Of a DNA stretch of 64,000 bases, positions 1 to 12,504 are shown piece after piece. The translations under genes were made by a program, and so were the position numbers. Positions within the stretch are counted from its first letter, which is position 1, and each line of letters begins with the position of its first letter. The DNA lies in NCBI RefSeq assembly GCF_020745735.1, contig NC_083448.1:14072006-14136005 (forward strand), written 5' to 3'. The DNA is from Hemiscyllium ocellatum. Its lineage: Eukaryota. The notes beneath the pieces are model-generated. The model searched no databases and was not told the DNA's origin. It saw only the letters and a list, made by a program, of their open reading frames with translations.

Positions 1-409
1 GGGGGTCTGCTAGGAAAGAGAGAAGATGTACATGTCATGGGGCAAGTGGCTAATTAGTACTTGAACAGTGCTAATTCTCAATATTGCTGGCTGAATGCCG
101 ATTGTCAAGAAAGTCGCAAGGGTCTTGCATGAACTGAGTGGTGGACATCAGGCAGACAACTACTTTGGCAGTATTTTTATGTGCCATCTTTTTAAACATG
201 ATCTTCAGAGCTGAAACAACACTTGAACAGAGTCAGAGTACAGAGGTAAATAGTGTGAGAACCCTGACACATCTTCATGACAGCCTGCACTCCACTCAGG
301 AATCTTGCAAAGAATACCACCTTCACATTGACCCCTCTCGAGAAGACGGGGCAACTTGGATGAAGCAACGTTACATCTTGCATTCGTCTGTGGACATTTG
401 CATAACAGC

Positions 410-725
410 GTGTCCCCAGGGTGCTTCACAGAATATTTTGGAACAAAATTTGACTGCAGAATCTCTTGGGGATATGCTGACCACAATTTTGTCAAAGCAT
501 GAAGTTAGAAGGAGCATCTTGAAGAAATAGAAGCATGAGGTGGGCAGAGGTGGAGGGAGAGATTTTGGGAGTTTGCCAAAGGTGGAATAGTTAAAATCAA
601 AAGTGTGCAAGAAATGGAGGAACCCAGATATATTGGAGGCATTCAGGAGGTTGCAGATGACAGAACAGGTAAAATGGTGGAGGGAATGGAAAATAACTCA
701 GGTTCTAATAAAATTGAGGCACCAC
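410..725 (-). mobile_element. Degenerate L2-like LINE 3' fragment
   Basis: Reverse complement resembles the L2-type 3' ends at 11340-11645 and 21880-22300. Confidence 0.45.
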
Positions 726-789
726 AATGTCGAGATTGGAGCTGGAGTCACTCATTCGGCTCTTCAAACCTTGTGCACCATTCAATTTG

Positions 790-2240
790 AACATTAAACT
801 CAGTACTTTATTCCCAGTTTCTCCTTGTACCTTCTGATCCCTATGGCCCTATGAACTATCCCCAAGACCTTTTTGGAATCATTCAGTGTCTCAGCCTCAA
901 TTCCACTGAGAATGCCACAGCCTCAGCCACTCTCTGGATGAAGAAATTTCTCCTCGTCTTTGTTCTAAATTATGTTGTCCATGTCTTTAGACTGTGACTT
1001 GCCCCCTCCCCCCGTCACCCCTTCCAGTTCTGGGCTTCCCTCTCAGTGGGAACATCCTTCACGAACTTACCCTGTCTAATCCTGCTGGATTTCAATGAGA
1101 TCCCTTCCTCATTATTATGAACTCCTGTGAATATCGTCCTGAACCAATCCAACTCCTCACTGTACTAGAGCTCTTCGGGAGATTTTAAACTAGTTTGGTG
1201 GGTAGGTTGGGAATCGGATCTACAGATCTGAGGATGGTGTAGCTCATGAACAGTCAAATACAGCTTACAGAGAATCTGTGGGGAAGGATAGACAGTTGAT
1301 AGGGCAAAGTTTCAGTCAGTGTGATTGGTGAAGTGGCAGAACTGGGCTGTTTTAATGCAAGAAGTACCAGGAATGCGGGTGATAAATTTGGGGCATGGGT
1401 TAGTGCTTGGAGCTATGATGTTGTGGCCGTGACAGAGACTTGGATGTCACAGGGGCAGGAAAGGTTGTTGGATATTCTGGGGTTTAGATGTTTCAAAAGG
1501 AATAGGGAGCGAGGTGAAAGAGGTGGGGGAGTGGCACTGCTAATCAGGGATCGCATCATGGCTAAAGATCCTAGAATAGGATAAAAGGTTGGCACAACAT
1601 CAAGGACCAAAGGGCCTGTACTGTGCTGTACTGTTCTATGTTCTGTGTCAGTTCTGCCATCCCAGTACTCAGTCTGGTACTCGCTGCACAGTCAGAACAC
1701 GTTTCCTCGGATATTGAGATAAAAAAATCTATACTCCAGGTGTAGTCTCACCAAAGCCCTGTGCAAATGCAGCAAGACATCCCTACCTCTGTTATAGAGA
1801 TGCACAGCACGGATGCAGACCCTTCGGTCCATCTTGTCCATGTCGATCACATAGCCTAAATTAATCTTGTCCCATTTGTCCCGGACCACACTAAACCCTT
1901 CCTGTGCATGTACCCATCCAGATGCCTTCTAAATGCTGTAATTGTAATCAGCATCCACCACTTCCTCTGGCAGCTCATTCCATGCATGCACCACCCGCTG
2001 CATGAAAAAGTAGCCCCTTAGGTCCCTTTTAAGCCTTTCTCCACTCACTTATGCCCTAATCCTGGACAACCCTACCCTGGAGGAGAGAACTTGTCCATTT
2101 ACTCTACTTCAAATCCTTGCACTACAGAAGCCAATATACCATTTGCCTTCTTCACTGCTCGCTGCACCCGGACGCTTGTTTTAAGTGATTGGTGCGTGAT
2201 GACACCCAGGTCTCATTGCATTTCCCCTTTCCCAGTGTAA
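790..2240 (-). mobile_element. Old CR1 (HER1-like) LINE 3'/RT fragment interrupted by younger CR1 insertions
   Basis: Minus-strand RT remnant LHLHRALVRLHLEY (ORF 1692-1889). Segments 790-1160, 1645-1790 and 2105-2240 are collinear, and 1790-2105 is a second CR1 3' end. Confidence 0.7.
1162..1645 (+). mobile_element. Internally deleted CR1: APE endonuclease N-terminus fused to the 3' tail
   Basis: ORF 1321-1584 has FNARS...YDVVAVTETW...RGGGVALLIRD, followed directly by the tail gggcctgtactgtgctgtactgttctatgttct. Confidence 0.8.
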
Positions 2241-2245
2241 TGCAT

Positions 2246-2460
2246 CAGGAGAAAGTGAGAACTGCAGTTGCTGGAGAGTCAGTGTCAAAATGTGTGGCGT
2301 TGGAAAAAGGACAGCAGGTCAGGCAGCATTGGAGGAGCAGGAGAGTCCACTTCTCAGGCATAAGCTCTTCATCAGGAATTAATGAATGCAACAATGACTG
2401 TCTAGCTCCTCAGATGCTGCCTGACCTGCTGAGCTTTTTCCAGTGCCACACTTTTCGACT
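2246..2460. mobile_element. Palindromic PLE mini-element with degenerate HHR on the minus strand
   Basis: Inverted arms at about 2275-2340 and 2405-2466. TSD ccagtgtaatgcat (2232-2245) / ccagtctaatgcat (2461-2474). Confidence 0.8.
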
Positions 2461-2871
2461 CCAGTCTAATGCATTATCAGACTTCTTTGCTGAAAAAAAA
2501 CAGAAGCTGGGAGAGATGTTTTGCATTAACAAATGAACACAGAAGGAGAGAGAAAGAACTTGCACTTACAATTTGCCTTTTGAGATATAAAGATGTCCCA
2601 AAGCATTCAGTTTGGGTCATTTCAGGTGCACTCTCTATTGCAACGTAACTCATTCGAAACTTGATCTTCCAAAGATTTGAGTTATATGTGCACAATGGCC
2701 TGGTACAAAATCTCCTGAGCCCAGACTACATTCCTGCATCCAGAAACATTCACTCCACTGCTTTTGTTTCAAGAACAATGAAAATTTAAACCAAATAATT
2801 CCACGTCTTGTCCCCAAAATCCAAGAAAGTATGTTTTGTTAGGAACAAATTATTGAAGATGCTGGACTCTG

Positions 2872-3060
2872 CATTGAAAACAAGAAGTGCTGGAAATGAC
2901 AGCTGGTCGGACAGCATCCATAGAGAGTGAGAGAGCAGGTTAATGTTTCGAGTCTCGCTGACGCTTCATCAGAGCTGAAGTGAAGTGTGGAGGGGTCAGC
3001 ATATATGCAATAGCTTTGGGGGAGGTGGGTGGAGTCAGTGGGTGCACTTGGAGAGAGATG
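2872..3060 (-). mobile_element. PLE pseudo-LTR (pLTR) fragment with HHR motif
   Basis: Reverse complement of 2945-2972 reads ctgatga-a-gcgtc-agcga-gactc-gaaac. Confidence 0.65.
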
Positions 3061-4414
3061 TTGATAGTTCAGGTTGAGTGATTGTATGTTGTGGTGGTCT
3101 GTCTTGCCTGTCCATGATACACAATCTTCTCAGAAAATTAAGCGCAGGAGGAATTGGATTGAAGTTCCCAACAGTGATGAGCAAGTCAGATTGCTTTTGA
3201 GGTATGCACTTGCTTCCATCTGCATTTTTCAATTCTGTTGGTGTCTTATTCTTATGAAGTATGCAAAATGATATTCATATGAAAGGGAAACATAGATAAA
3301 TGGAATGCCTCAGAAGTGTGTGCCAGTGTAGCGGAGCAACGCGAGATTCTGTATCTAGTTTTCCAGCCAAATTTAGAGGTGCCCTTGGCCAGTGAATAGC
3401 TGTCATATTTCAGTGTGACCAGTAACAGAAGCCAGGCATGGCCTGCTGACAGTGGGAACTTGCAAAGCATCTTGCAATCTTTCAGACAAAGCCAATAATC
3501 AATACCTCATTGCTGACAGCACTGGGACATGTGAGGCACCAACATGTGAGAGAGGGTGTGCATTGGGGACAAGGCAACATTACCATGTTTGAACGTACTT
3601 GGGCGTCTCTCAGTTTTGCAAAGATTGAGCAAAAATGCAATTTCAAGCAATTAATTCTGTTGGCAGAATCCCTCCTCATTGGAACGGGTGTCTGACTGAC
3701 TTGTATTGCCTGTGGCTTTCTTTTGAAATGCTTCAGCCTTATCGTCGCGTTGCAGACTGTGTGATAGTTTTCTTGTTTTCTTTTGTTTTGAGCTGTGCTT
3801 TCACTTTTGTTCGGCTCCAATTCATGACCCATGATGAGTGAAATTTGTCATCCGTTCCCTTCTGATCTTTGCATCCCTCAGCGCAGTTAGCCCCAGTCCA
3901 CTCCGGAAACAGTGACCCTGTGGAGCGCAGTCTTCGTACGTCAGAGTTCAACTTGTCATGCATGATGAATGTTGTCCGGTTGTTTCAAATAATGGTTGCA
4001 ATTTCTATTCACAATGAGGCTCTTCAGCCCCTTGTGCTTGTTCAGGTACTGATTTCCCCTCCTCTTCTGACTGTAAGGTTGGTGGCAATCTCATACGATG
4101 AGTAGTGGGACAGGCAAAGTGGCAGGAAAATTGAACAATCCGCTCTCTCGCCACACCCTGTCCCCAAATCTCCACCTGGTCTTGTTCAATGTCGGACATG
4201 TCAAGAGGACCATTCCACCCGCTGAGGTGAGTGGACAGTGATCAACACCAGAAACTTTGGATGTTTCACCTGTTCATTGAACGCAGTGTGTAATTGCAGT
4301 GCTATGATGGCTGCAGGAGAAGCTGAGATCAGACTTGCCAACCTTTGATCTACTGCGAGTTGGTAATGCCAGAGGAAGAGGGAGAGATGAGAAAAAGAGA
4401 GAGGGTGGTTTCAA

Positions 4415-4503
4415 ACATGTTGGACAAGCAGGAGGCTGGAAGAACACAGCAAGCCAAGCACCATGAGGAGTCAACATTTTGATATAACCTTTCTTCAGGA
4501 ATC
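4415..4503 (-). mobile_element. PLE pLTR fragment with decayed HHR
   Basis: gacaagcaggaggctggaagaacacagcaag is shared with 34731-34761. The fragment ends in cttcaggaat. Confidence 0.6.
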
Positions 4504-5384
4504 CAGGGGTGGCCACAGAGTTGTAGAGGGGGATGGGAGCTATGCAGACATTCTTCCTTGTGCTTCGGGACAAAGCATTCGAGAAATAACCGCTGATTTC
4601 AATTGCTGAACTCTGCCGGCTACTGTAAAATCAGATGCAATAACCTTTCCACAAGCAGGTCAGATTCACCGTAATTTTCAATTTCATATCTGCAATACGT
4701 GTGCCTGATACAGAGCTAGAAAATGTAGTTCCATCAAGCGTGTCCATTATAAATGTCCAGGATGAATTGTTACAGGCTCCAAACCACACAGTGGCCTGGT
4801 AACATCAAGGCAAAGTTATCTCAGGGTCTGTGCACTGTACAAAGCCCATTAGGGGAGTTAGAATGAGATTTGAATGCAGCTGTCAACTATTTGTGGTTAT
4901 CTATCTACATCGATACCAAAAGCACTCAAATGTCATGCTGTATTGGAAGGGATTTTGAATGCTGTCAAGTTTTGACGGTTCAGTTTCTGCAGCAGGGGCA
5001 GAGGGTCAGAGCTGATTTTGTCTGGGATTGTGATTAGGTCGCATTTAGCCTGCTGTCCCTGCTGGAGAGTTTGAGAATATGAGGTGGGAATAGGGTCAGA
5101 CTTGCTCTTGTTAACTTAATATTAACAGTTGGTGAGTAATCTGAAAACCTTGACCCAACTCTGATGTGAAACAAAGGCGATTGCTCCGTCCTCCTATTTG
5201 TTGAGTGTTTTGCTTTCCCAGTTCTCTGTCATTGAGTGTTGTCATGTTGTTCATGACCAACAAGTGGCCGCAAGAACTCAGAGGAGGAGCAGGCCTGCTG
5301 TGCTGTTTAATAAGATCATGGCTGATCTCAACTCCACTTTCCTGCGCACTCCCTATACCCAAATTGAAACAGTGCAGGTGTAGA

Positions 5385-5925
5385 CAGGAGGTTAGCAGCA
5401 AGAACCAAGGGCCAGACTCGTGAGAAATCTTTATGGATGCACCACAGAAAGCATCCTACCTGGATGCATCACAGCGTGGAATGTCAATTGCCCAAGACCA
5501 AAAGACGCTACAGAGAGTTGTGAACACAGCCCAGTCTAGTCCATCACACAAATCAGCCTCCCATCCATTGACTCTGTTTACACTTCCCACGGCACTGGGA
5601 AAGCATCCAACATGATCAAAGATCCCTCCCTGGCCCTTTATACTCTTCCGTTGGGCAAAAGCTATAAATGTTTGTCCGCATGTGCAAACCAATTCTAGAG
5701 CTGCTGCTTTTTCACTGTTACCAGACATTTGTATGGACCTATTTAATGCTAATGTTGAGCTCTCTCTCTCTCTCTCTCTACCTTCTCAGCAGCTTTAACT
5801 CTACATGCTGTGTTCTGTTCCATTACCCTGATCCATATGCTCGTACAATCTGCTTGTAAGCACATAAAACAACTCTTTTCACTGTAACTTGGTACTCTTG
5901 ACAATAATAAGTCACATCAAACTGG
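5385..5925 (+). mobile_element. Rex1/Babar LINE 3' fragment
   Basis: AQDQKTLQRVVNTAQS remnant and 3' tail cttttcactgta...gacaataat. Matches 30705-31150. Confidence 0.75.
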
Positions 5926-6321
5926 AATCCTGTACTTCATGTGCTGCAGACCCAAAGGGCTGAATGTCCTCCTCTGTGCAGGAAGAAGGTGTAAGCAGGG
6001 TACAGAAGATGATTACAGTACCATAAGGAGTTATTTTGTTGTCAAAGCAGAAGGTGCGACAGCATCTCTGCAGGTCTGGCAGTATCTGTGGAGAAAGAAA
6101 CAGTTTGTCATCTTAAATTGAATGGGACTCTCCCTCAGAACTGAAGAGAATTTAAAAGTGACGTGTTTCATCTTGTGAAAGATGTTTAAATTTCTCTATG
6201 CAGGACAACTAAAAACGCCACCAACCTTTGTGACCGAGTTAAAATGTGCACAATATTTCGGGTCAGCCATTGGTGGGTTGAGCCACCCTCAATTGGGGGT
6301 GGAATTTTATCTTTGAGTCCA

Positions 6322-6537
6322 ATCATAGAATCCCCACAGTATGGAAGCAGGCCGCCCAGTCAACAACTTCCCTGGACACTATGGACAATTTAGCATGGTC
6401 AATCCAACTGAGCTGCACGTCTTTGGACTGTGGGAGGAAACCGGAGCACCCAGAGGAAACCCACGCAGACACGGGAAGAACGTGCAATCTCCACACAGAC
6501 AGTCATCGGAGACTGGAATCGAACCCGGTCCCAGGCA
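6322..6537 (-). mobile_element. HE1-type V-SINE, partial
   Basis: ggactgtgggaggaaaccggagcacccagaggaaacccacgcagacacggg core. Confidence 0.85.
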
Positions 6538-6837
6538 TGAGTCTTACTTTCCCACATTAAGTTATGGCATTTCAAGTTTGCGTCCAAACCTTTTTAAAGG
6601 TTTAGAGGTTTCCACCTTATCTACTCTCTCAGGCAATGCCTTCCAGACCACCATTACCCACTGGGTGAAAAAATCTTTCCTCAGATCTCCTCTAAACCTC
6701 TTGCCTTACACTTCAAAAATTATGTCATTTTGTTATTGACCTCTCAACAAACGTTAACAGCTGCTTTCCATTTACCCAGTCCATATGTAAACCCATGGGG
6801 AAGCTCAAGTCCTGAATAGGTCAGATATATTCTTATC

Positions 6838-6979
6838 TGCAAATGTGTTGCTGGTCAAAGCACAGCAGGCCAGGCAGCATCTCTCTATTCCTGAGATGCT
6901 GCCTGGCCTGCTGTGCTTTGACCAGCAACACATTTGCAGCTGTGATCTCCAGCATCTGCAGACCTCATTTTTTACTCGA
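6838..6979. mobile_element. Young palindromic PLE mini-element
   Basis: Perfect 47-bp arms 6837-6883 and 6893-6939. Perfect 15-bp TSD agatatattcttatc (6823-6837, 6980-6994). Confidence 0.9.
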
Positions 6980-7029
6980 AGATATATTCTTATCGCCCAG
7001 TTCAGAGATGTTATTACCTTTCTCTGGAG

Positions 7030-8290
7030 CAGATTGACCGTGGTTTCAAGTGAATTGAAGTACATGTGTAGGGAAGTCTTCATGCAACTGTGCAAGGTCT
7101 AGTGAAGCCACATCTGGAGTACTATGAACACTCTTGGTCCCCTTATTTAAGGAAAGATAACATTTCCTTGGAGGCATATCAGAGAACATTCACTTGGGTG
7201 ATTCCTGATGTGGAAGGATAGTCTTATGAGCAAAGACCATACAGCTTGGGACTCTACTCATGGGAGTTCAGAAGATTGAGAGGTGATCTCATTGAACCAT
7301 ATAGGATTCTTAAAGGGTTGAGAGGATGTTAGCTCTCATGGGAGAGTCTAGGACCAGAGGACATTGTCTCTGGGAATAAAGCGTAAAAATGTGTTGCTGG
7401 AAAAGCGCATCAGGTCAGGCAGCATCAAAGGAGAAGGAGAATCGCGTTTCGGGCATGAGCCCTTCTTCAGGAATGAGGAGGGTATGCCAAGCAGGCTAAG
7501 ATGAAAGGTAGGGAGGAGGGACTTGGGGGAGGGGAATTGGGAATGAGATAGGTGGAAGGAGGTTAAGGTGAGGGTGATAGGCCGGAGAGGGGGTGGGGGC
7601 GGAGAGGTCGGGAAGATGATTGCAGGTCAAGAAGACGGTGCTGAGTCCGAAGGTTGGGACTGAAAAGGTGGGGGGAGGGGAAACGAGGAAGCTGGAGAAA
7701 TCTGCATTCATCCCTTGTGGTTGTAGGGTTCCGAGGCGGAAGATGAGTTGCTCTTCCTCCACGCGTCATGTTGCCATGGTCTGGCGATGGAGGAGGCCAA
7801 GGACCTGCATGTCCTTGGCGGAGTGGGAGGGGGAGTTAAAGCATTCAGCCACGGGGCGGTTGGGTTGGTTGGTGCGGGTGTCCCAGAGGTGTTCTCTGAA
7901 ACGTTCCGCAAGTAGGCAGCCTGTCTCCCCAATGAAGGGGAGGCCACATCGGGTGCAGCGGATGCAGTAAATGATGTGTGTGGAGGTGCAGGTGAATTTC
8001 TGATGGGTATTGAAGGATCCCTTGGGGCCTTGGAGGGAAGTGAGGGGGGAGGTGTGGGCGCAAGTTTTGCATTTTTTGCGGTTGCGGGGGAAGGTGCCGG
8101 GAGTGGAGGTTGGGTTGGTGGGGGGTGTGGACCTGACGAGGGAGTCGCAGAGTGAGTGGTCTTCAGGTTATGGGGGAAAAGCAGGAAAGTGGAATTAGCG
8201 ATGTTGGGTCAGCCGTGATCCAATTGAATGGCAGAGCAGGCTCGAGGGGTTGAATGGACTACTCCTCCTCATATTTCTTATGGTCTTGTG
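7030..8290 (+). mobile_element. CR1 LINE 3' fragment split by a PLE insertion
   Basis: RT C-terminal remnant at 7030-7375. The CR1 3' UTR resumes at about 8164. Confidence 0.7.
7385..8162 (-). mobile_element. 5'-truncated PLE (Neptune-like), GIY-YIG endonuclease pseudogene plus pLTR
   Basis: Minus frame reads RKKCKTCAH...FTCTSTHIIYCIRCTRCGLPFIGETGCLLAERFREH...MAT*RVEEEQLIFRLGTLQPQGMN with one stop. HHR core at 7446-7470. Confidence 0.9.
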
Positions 8291-8641
8291 GAACTTGGGT
8301 CTCCTGGTCCAGAACTCCAGACACTACCAATGTGCCACAAGGTCCTGTATGGAGTAGATCATGGGCATAGTGCAGTTGACAGTAGACTGGGTGCAGAATA
8401 TCAAGTGAAATTCCTGTAGGATCATGAAGCTGGTTCCCAACCACCAACCTGCACATGTCAGCAAAGTGCAGAAGGCCGTTGACATGAAACCCACACTGCC
8501 TCTTGTGACGAGCAGGTTTTAAGTCACATGGGTCATTCGCTTGAGTTTTGTGGTACTATTGCTGACTTCAATGGAGGACTCCATCATGGATAACTCATGA
8601 GCTAAACCAATCTCAGCCGTGGTCAAAGAAATAACTGGGAA

Positions 8642-8818
8642 TATGGAAGAAACTCGATTATCCGGCATTAGATTCATCAAATTTTGGATTATCTGGCAAG
8701 ATCACGAGGTCCCAATGCTTGGCTAACTATGTTATCCAGCATTCGATTATCCAGCATTCAATTAACCGAACAAAGTAGTACCTGCCCGTGTCCTTCGTAT
8801 AATCAAGGTTTGCCTGTA
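8642..8818. mobile_element. Tc1/mariner (pogo/Tigger-like) MITE
   Basis: TA ends, imperfect 24-bp terminal inverted repeats (TIRs) containing cgattatcc, and internal repeats of cgattatccagcatt. Confidence 0.6.
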
Positions 8819-8819
8819 A

Positions 8820-9480
8820 TCAGAATGAAGACCCAGTTCCCATGTCTGCTCATTGTTGTGCCTGCTGTGTTGAAGGATTGCTCACAGTAGTTCTGCTGGA
8901 AGGTTGCATTGTACACTTTGAAGGTAAGGTTGACACTGTGCAGTCTTGGGGATTTGATTTGCGTCTGGGAGCAAGATGTGCAAGCTACGTTGCTGTGAGA
9001 ATTGATGTGTTGGAAGAAGTTCGTGAAGACAGTGTTGGGAGAGGGTTTGCGGATGTTGGCGAAAACGATGCTCATTTTTCCTCCCCAACTTTGATCTTCA
9101 AACTGCGTTCCACGTGAAATACTGGAATCCGGCTCTTCGTTCCTGTTGCTGACCTCCCGAGGAGCATCCAACCACCACCTTCACACCTATCCCATACACC
9201 TACAGCTTCAGACACCAGCAACACATCGATGGACGGGTCGGTGACATGGTGCGCAGGCTTGAAGAGCCATGACACCCCCAGAACAGGTCTGTGACCCGCC
9301 ACCACCACCACCAACCCCCTGCCCTGACTTCCAAGGCCTTGGGATTGAACTCGAAATTTGAGAAGTTCAAACTGAACCTCCACTTGTGCTAATCCAACAA
9401 GAAACCCAGAAACAAGAAGTCCCAATGAAGAGGGTACCAACCAATGCACTGCGCTTAACTTTGAATGTCCCTTGAGCTCA
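8820..9480 (-). mobile_element. Possible degenerate PLE 5' / N-terminal ORF region
   Basis: Minus frame FFQHI...TSCSQTQI...TTMSRH resembles recalled N-termini of fish PLE ORFs, but is heavily decayed. Confidence 0.35.
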
Positions 9481-10439
9481 CTGCAACCCCTCTCCCTTGC
9501 CATGTCAGCAGCTCTTCTATCTTTGAAAATTCAGTGTTCCCAATCTAGACAGAAAGACGACTTTTCTCATTCCCAACCTGGCAAGCACAAGTGACACCTG
9601 AAACAGTAAATTGACCAGGGGTAATCCATCCGTTTCAATGAATCATGCAGTAGCTGTGAGTTTTCATGGTCATCAGTATGTGCCACAACAACCACAATTG
9701 TGCACAATAGCAACACAAATTGAAGACAGCAGCTCTGGCCCATCTCTCTATTCAGGAAAGAAAACCTTCAGAATGCTTTTACGATTAAAATCTTTGTTGT
9801 TGAGAAAGTCAAGTACTTGCCCCAACAAAAAGCGTGCAAGCATTCGAAGCTGCTTGAACAGATGTCAATCCCAAGGTGCTCCCCATGTAAGCTGTTCTCC
9901 CATTAAAGGCTGCAGGATATATCGACTGAACAACAGAACCGTGGCCTTGCAATTTATAAAGCATCTTTAATATATGAATGCATGCCAATTATTTCTCATG
10001 GATATCATAGGATGGACGTTGCACCAAAGAAGCAAACTTCGGTCATTGTTTAGCTCGAACTGGAATTATATACAGGTGTCCTTTCCAGTCTGCTACATTC
10101 ATGTGACTTGGACCAGGCTGCACCCCACATCTTGGGCAAATGGTCCTCCAAATGAATCATTAAATACACAGTTGACACCATGCTGTTGTCTCCTGTGAGT
10201 ACAGAAGATGGTGGCAGGAGAGGGATCTGGGATTACAAGTTGCAGAAAGACACTGGGAAAGAATGACTAAACAGGCTGATGATGAAGCCTTGGCAAAGTG
10301 ATGACAATGTCTACAACTTTTCGTCACTCACTGCCAGCTGACACGAAGCAGGGCTGGCAGTTTTTCCAAGCGCAGGGCCTAAATTATGACATAGCAGTGG
10401 ATCGACTGAACCAATTGAAAGTAACAACGCCTTTCTCAC

Positions 10440-10785
10440 TCTTAAGACCATAAAACGAAGGAGCAGAAATTAGGCCACTCAGCCCATCAAGTCTGCCCCA
10501 CCGTTGAATCATGGCTGATAAGTTTCTCAACATCCATTCTCCTGTAATCTCCCTGAAGCCCTTGATCCCCTTTACAATCAAGAACCTATCTATTTCCATC
10601 TTAAATGTACTCAATGACCTGGCCTCCCCACAGCCTTATTTAGCAGTGAATTCCATTGCTCTCTGGCTGGGTTTACCCTGAGAAAATCCTGGACTAAAAC
10701 TCCCAAATCTCTTTGCACTTCAGGCTTCTGAAGTTTCTCCCCATTTAGAAAATAGTCCATGCCTCTTTGCGTCCTACCAAGGTGT
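10440..10785 (-). mobile_element. CR1 LINE 3' fragment
   Basis: FKMEIDRFLIVKGIKG remnant and 3' UTR. Confidence 0.8.
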
Positions 10786-10786
10786 T

Positions 10787-11152
10787 TGGAGGAGAAAGCG
10801 AAGTCTGCAGATGCTGGAGATCAGAGCTGAAAATGTGTTGCTGGAAAAGCGCAGCAGGTCAGGCAGCATCCAAGGAGCAGGAGAATCGACTGTTCGGGCA
10901 TGAGCCCTTCTTCAGGAATGAGGAAAGTGTGTCCAGCAGGCTAAGATAAAAGGTAGGGAGGAGGGACTTGGGGGAGGGGCGTTGGAAATGCAATAGGTGG
11001 AAGGAGGTCAAGGTGAGGGTGATAGGCCGGAGCGGGGGTGGGGCGGAGAGGTCAGGAAGAAGATTGCAGGCTAGGAAGGTGGTGCTGAGTTCGAGGGATT
11101 TGACTGAGAAAAGGTGGGGGGAGGGGAAATGAGGAAACTGGAGAAATCTGAA
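10787..11152 (-). mobile_element. PLE 3' UTR and pLTR, same family as 7385-8162
   Basis: High identity to 7385-7710. HHR with mutated GAAA at 10888-10915. Confidence 0.85.
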
Positions 11153-11339
11153 TGTTAGAAGCGCATAGGCAAAGGCGCAAGTCCTGTGTCAACAGACAAT
11201 AGTCATGCATTGAAATCATAGCTGCCAGATAACAGAATGAGGTATGGCTGCCACTAATGGGGTGCAGGGTGAGACGCGTGCTCGAGAGGTAACTGTTCAA
11301 CAGTGGCTGCCATGCTGAACTTTGATGTTCACGACCTTG

Positions 11340-11645
11340 TTTGCAAACCCACCAACACCTCACCCCCCCTCCCCAACTCTGTATACCTCCTCCAACCCCA
11401 CTGTCGCTTGTGCCTTCTCATCTGCCTCAGTCTTAAACTCTCTAAAAACTCTCCCCAAGCTTTCCACATCTCTGTCTTGATCCCTGCTTCTGAGACGTTC
11501 TTCAAAGTTCTCCCTTTGAACAAGATGTTTGCTGTCCTCGTTTCGTCGGGTGGCTTAGAGACAAATTTCAGTGGTTGATGCTCCTTGAACAGACCTTGGG
11601 ACATCTCAGTTCATTGACGGTGCCGCTGAATTTTCAGTTGTTGCT
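11340..11645 (+). mobile_element. L2-like LINE 3' end
   Basis: Pyrimidine-rich body ending ...ccttgggacat...gttgttg. Confidence 0.5.
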
Positions 11646-12183
11646 GGTGGAAAGGTGGTCTGGGTGGGACCATGAAGGGGTTAAAACATAGTCAGTTCCA
11701 CTTGATGATGCATTCTCGGTTCTCAATCTGGAAGGAAATAAAAAGTAGGTACACAGGTATGGGGATAGAATATAAAATAATGTCCAATCAGTTACAATTT
11801 TCAAGGGATAATGGAGCTCAGTCTCCAGAGACAGTAAAAATTCCAGAATGTCATTTAATAGAAATGGTATGTGACTCAGTCTGTCATTGCAATGAATATC
11901 CTTGCTATTGTCTCTGATGTGGCAAAAATTATTGTTACACAACTGTTGTCCTTTGATTCACTTTGACAATGCCATGGGACATGTGCTGCAAAAAAAAGAT
12001 TGCAACAGAAGTTTCCCTGTATGCATTCCAAATTAGTTAAAAGCCACAATGAAAGAAGTTTTTGAGGCTTCCTTGGCTCCACGCATGGTATGTCCCAAGA
12101 CAGCAGATCAAACATGTCCGGGATGCACCTGTAGAGGGAAAAGATCAAACATTTATAAACGTGTCCATTGTCTCTGCTACCAT

Positions 12184-12504
12184 GGGTGGCATGGTGGCTC
12201 AGTGGTTAGCACTGCTGCCTCACAGTTGTGGGGAGCTGGGTTTGATCCTAACCTTGGGCAAGTGTCAGTGTGGAGTTTGCACATTCTCAGTTTCCGCCCA
12301 TAGTCCGAAGATGTGCAGTTTAGGGTGGACTGATTGTGAAAAATTGCCCCATAGTGTCCAAGGATGTGCAGCCTGGGTGGATTAGCCATGGGAATTATGG
12401 GGTTACAGGGATAGTGGGGTGGGTCTGGGTGGGATGCTCTTTGCAGATTTGGTGTGGAATCGATGAGGTGAATGGTTTGCTTGCACACTGCAGGGATTCT
12501 ATGA
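12184..12504 (+). mobile_element. HE1-type V-SINE
   Basis: tRNA-like head ggtggctcagtggttagcactgctgcctcacag and CR1-derived tail. Confidence 0.9.

Noticed and set aside
138-530. 130-aa ORF, with a faint PLE-like motif in another frame (LRNLAKNTTFTLTPLEKTG)
   Set aside because: No convincing family match, it overlaps an L2 remnant, and the similarity is too weak to call
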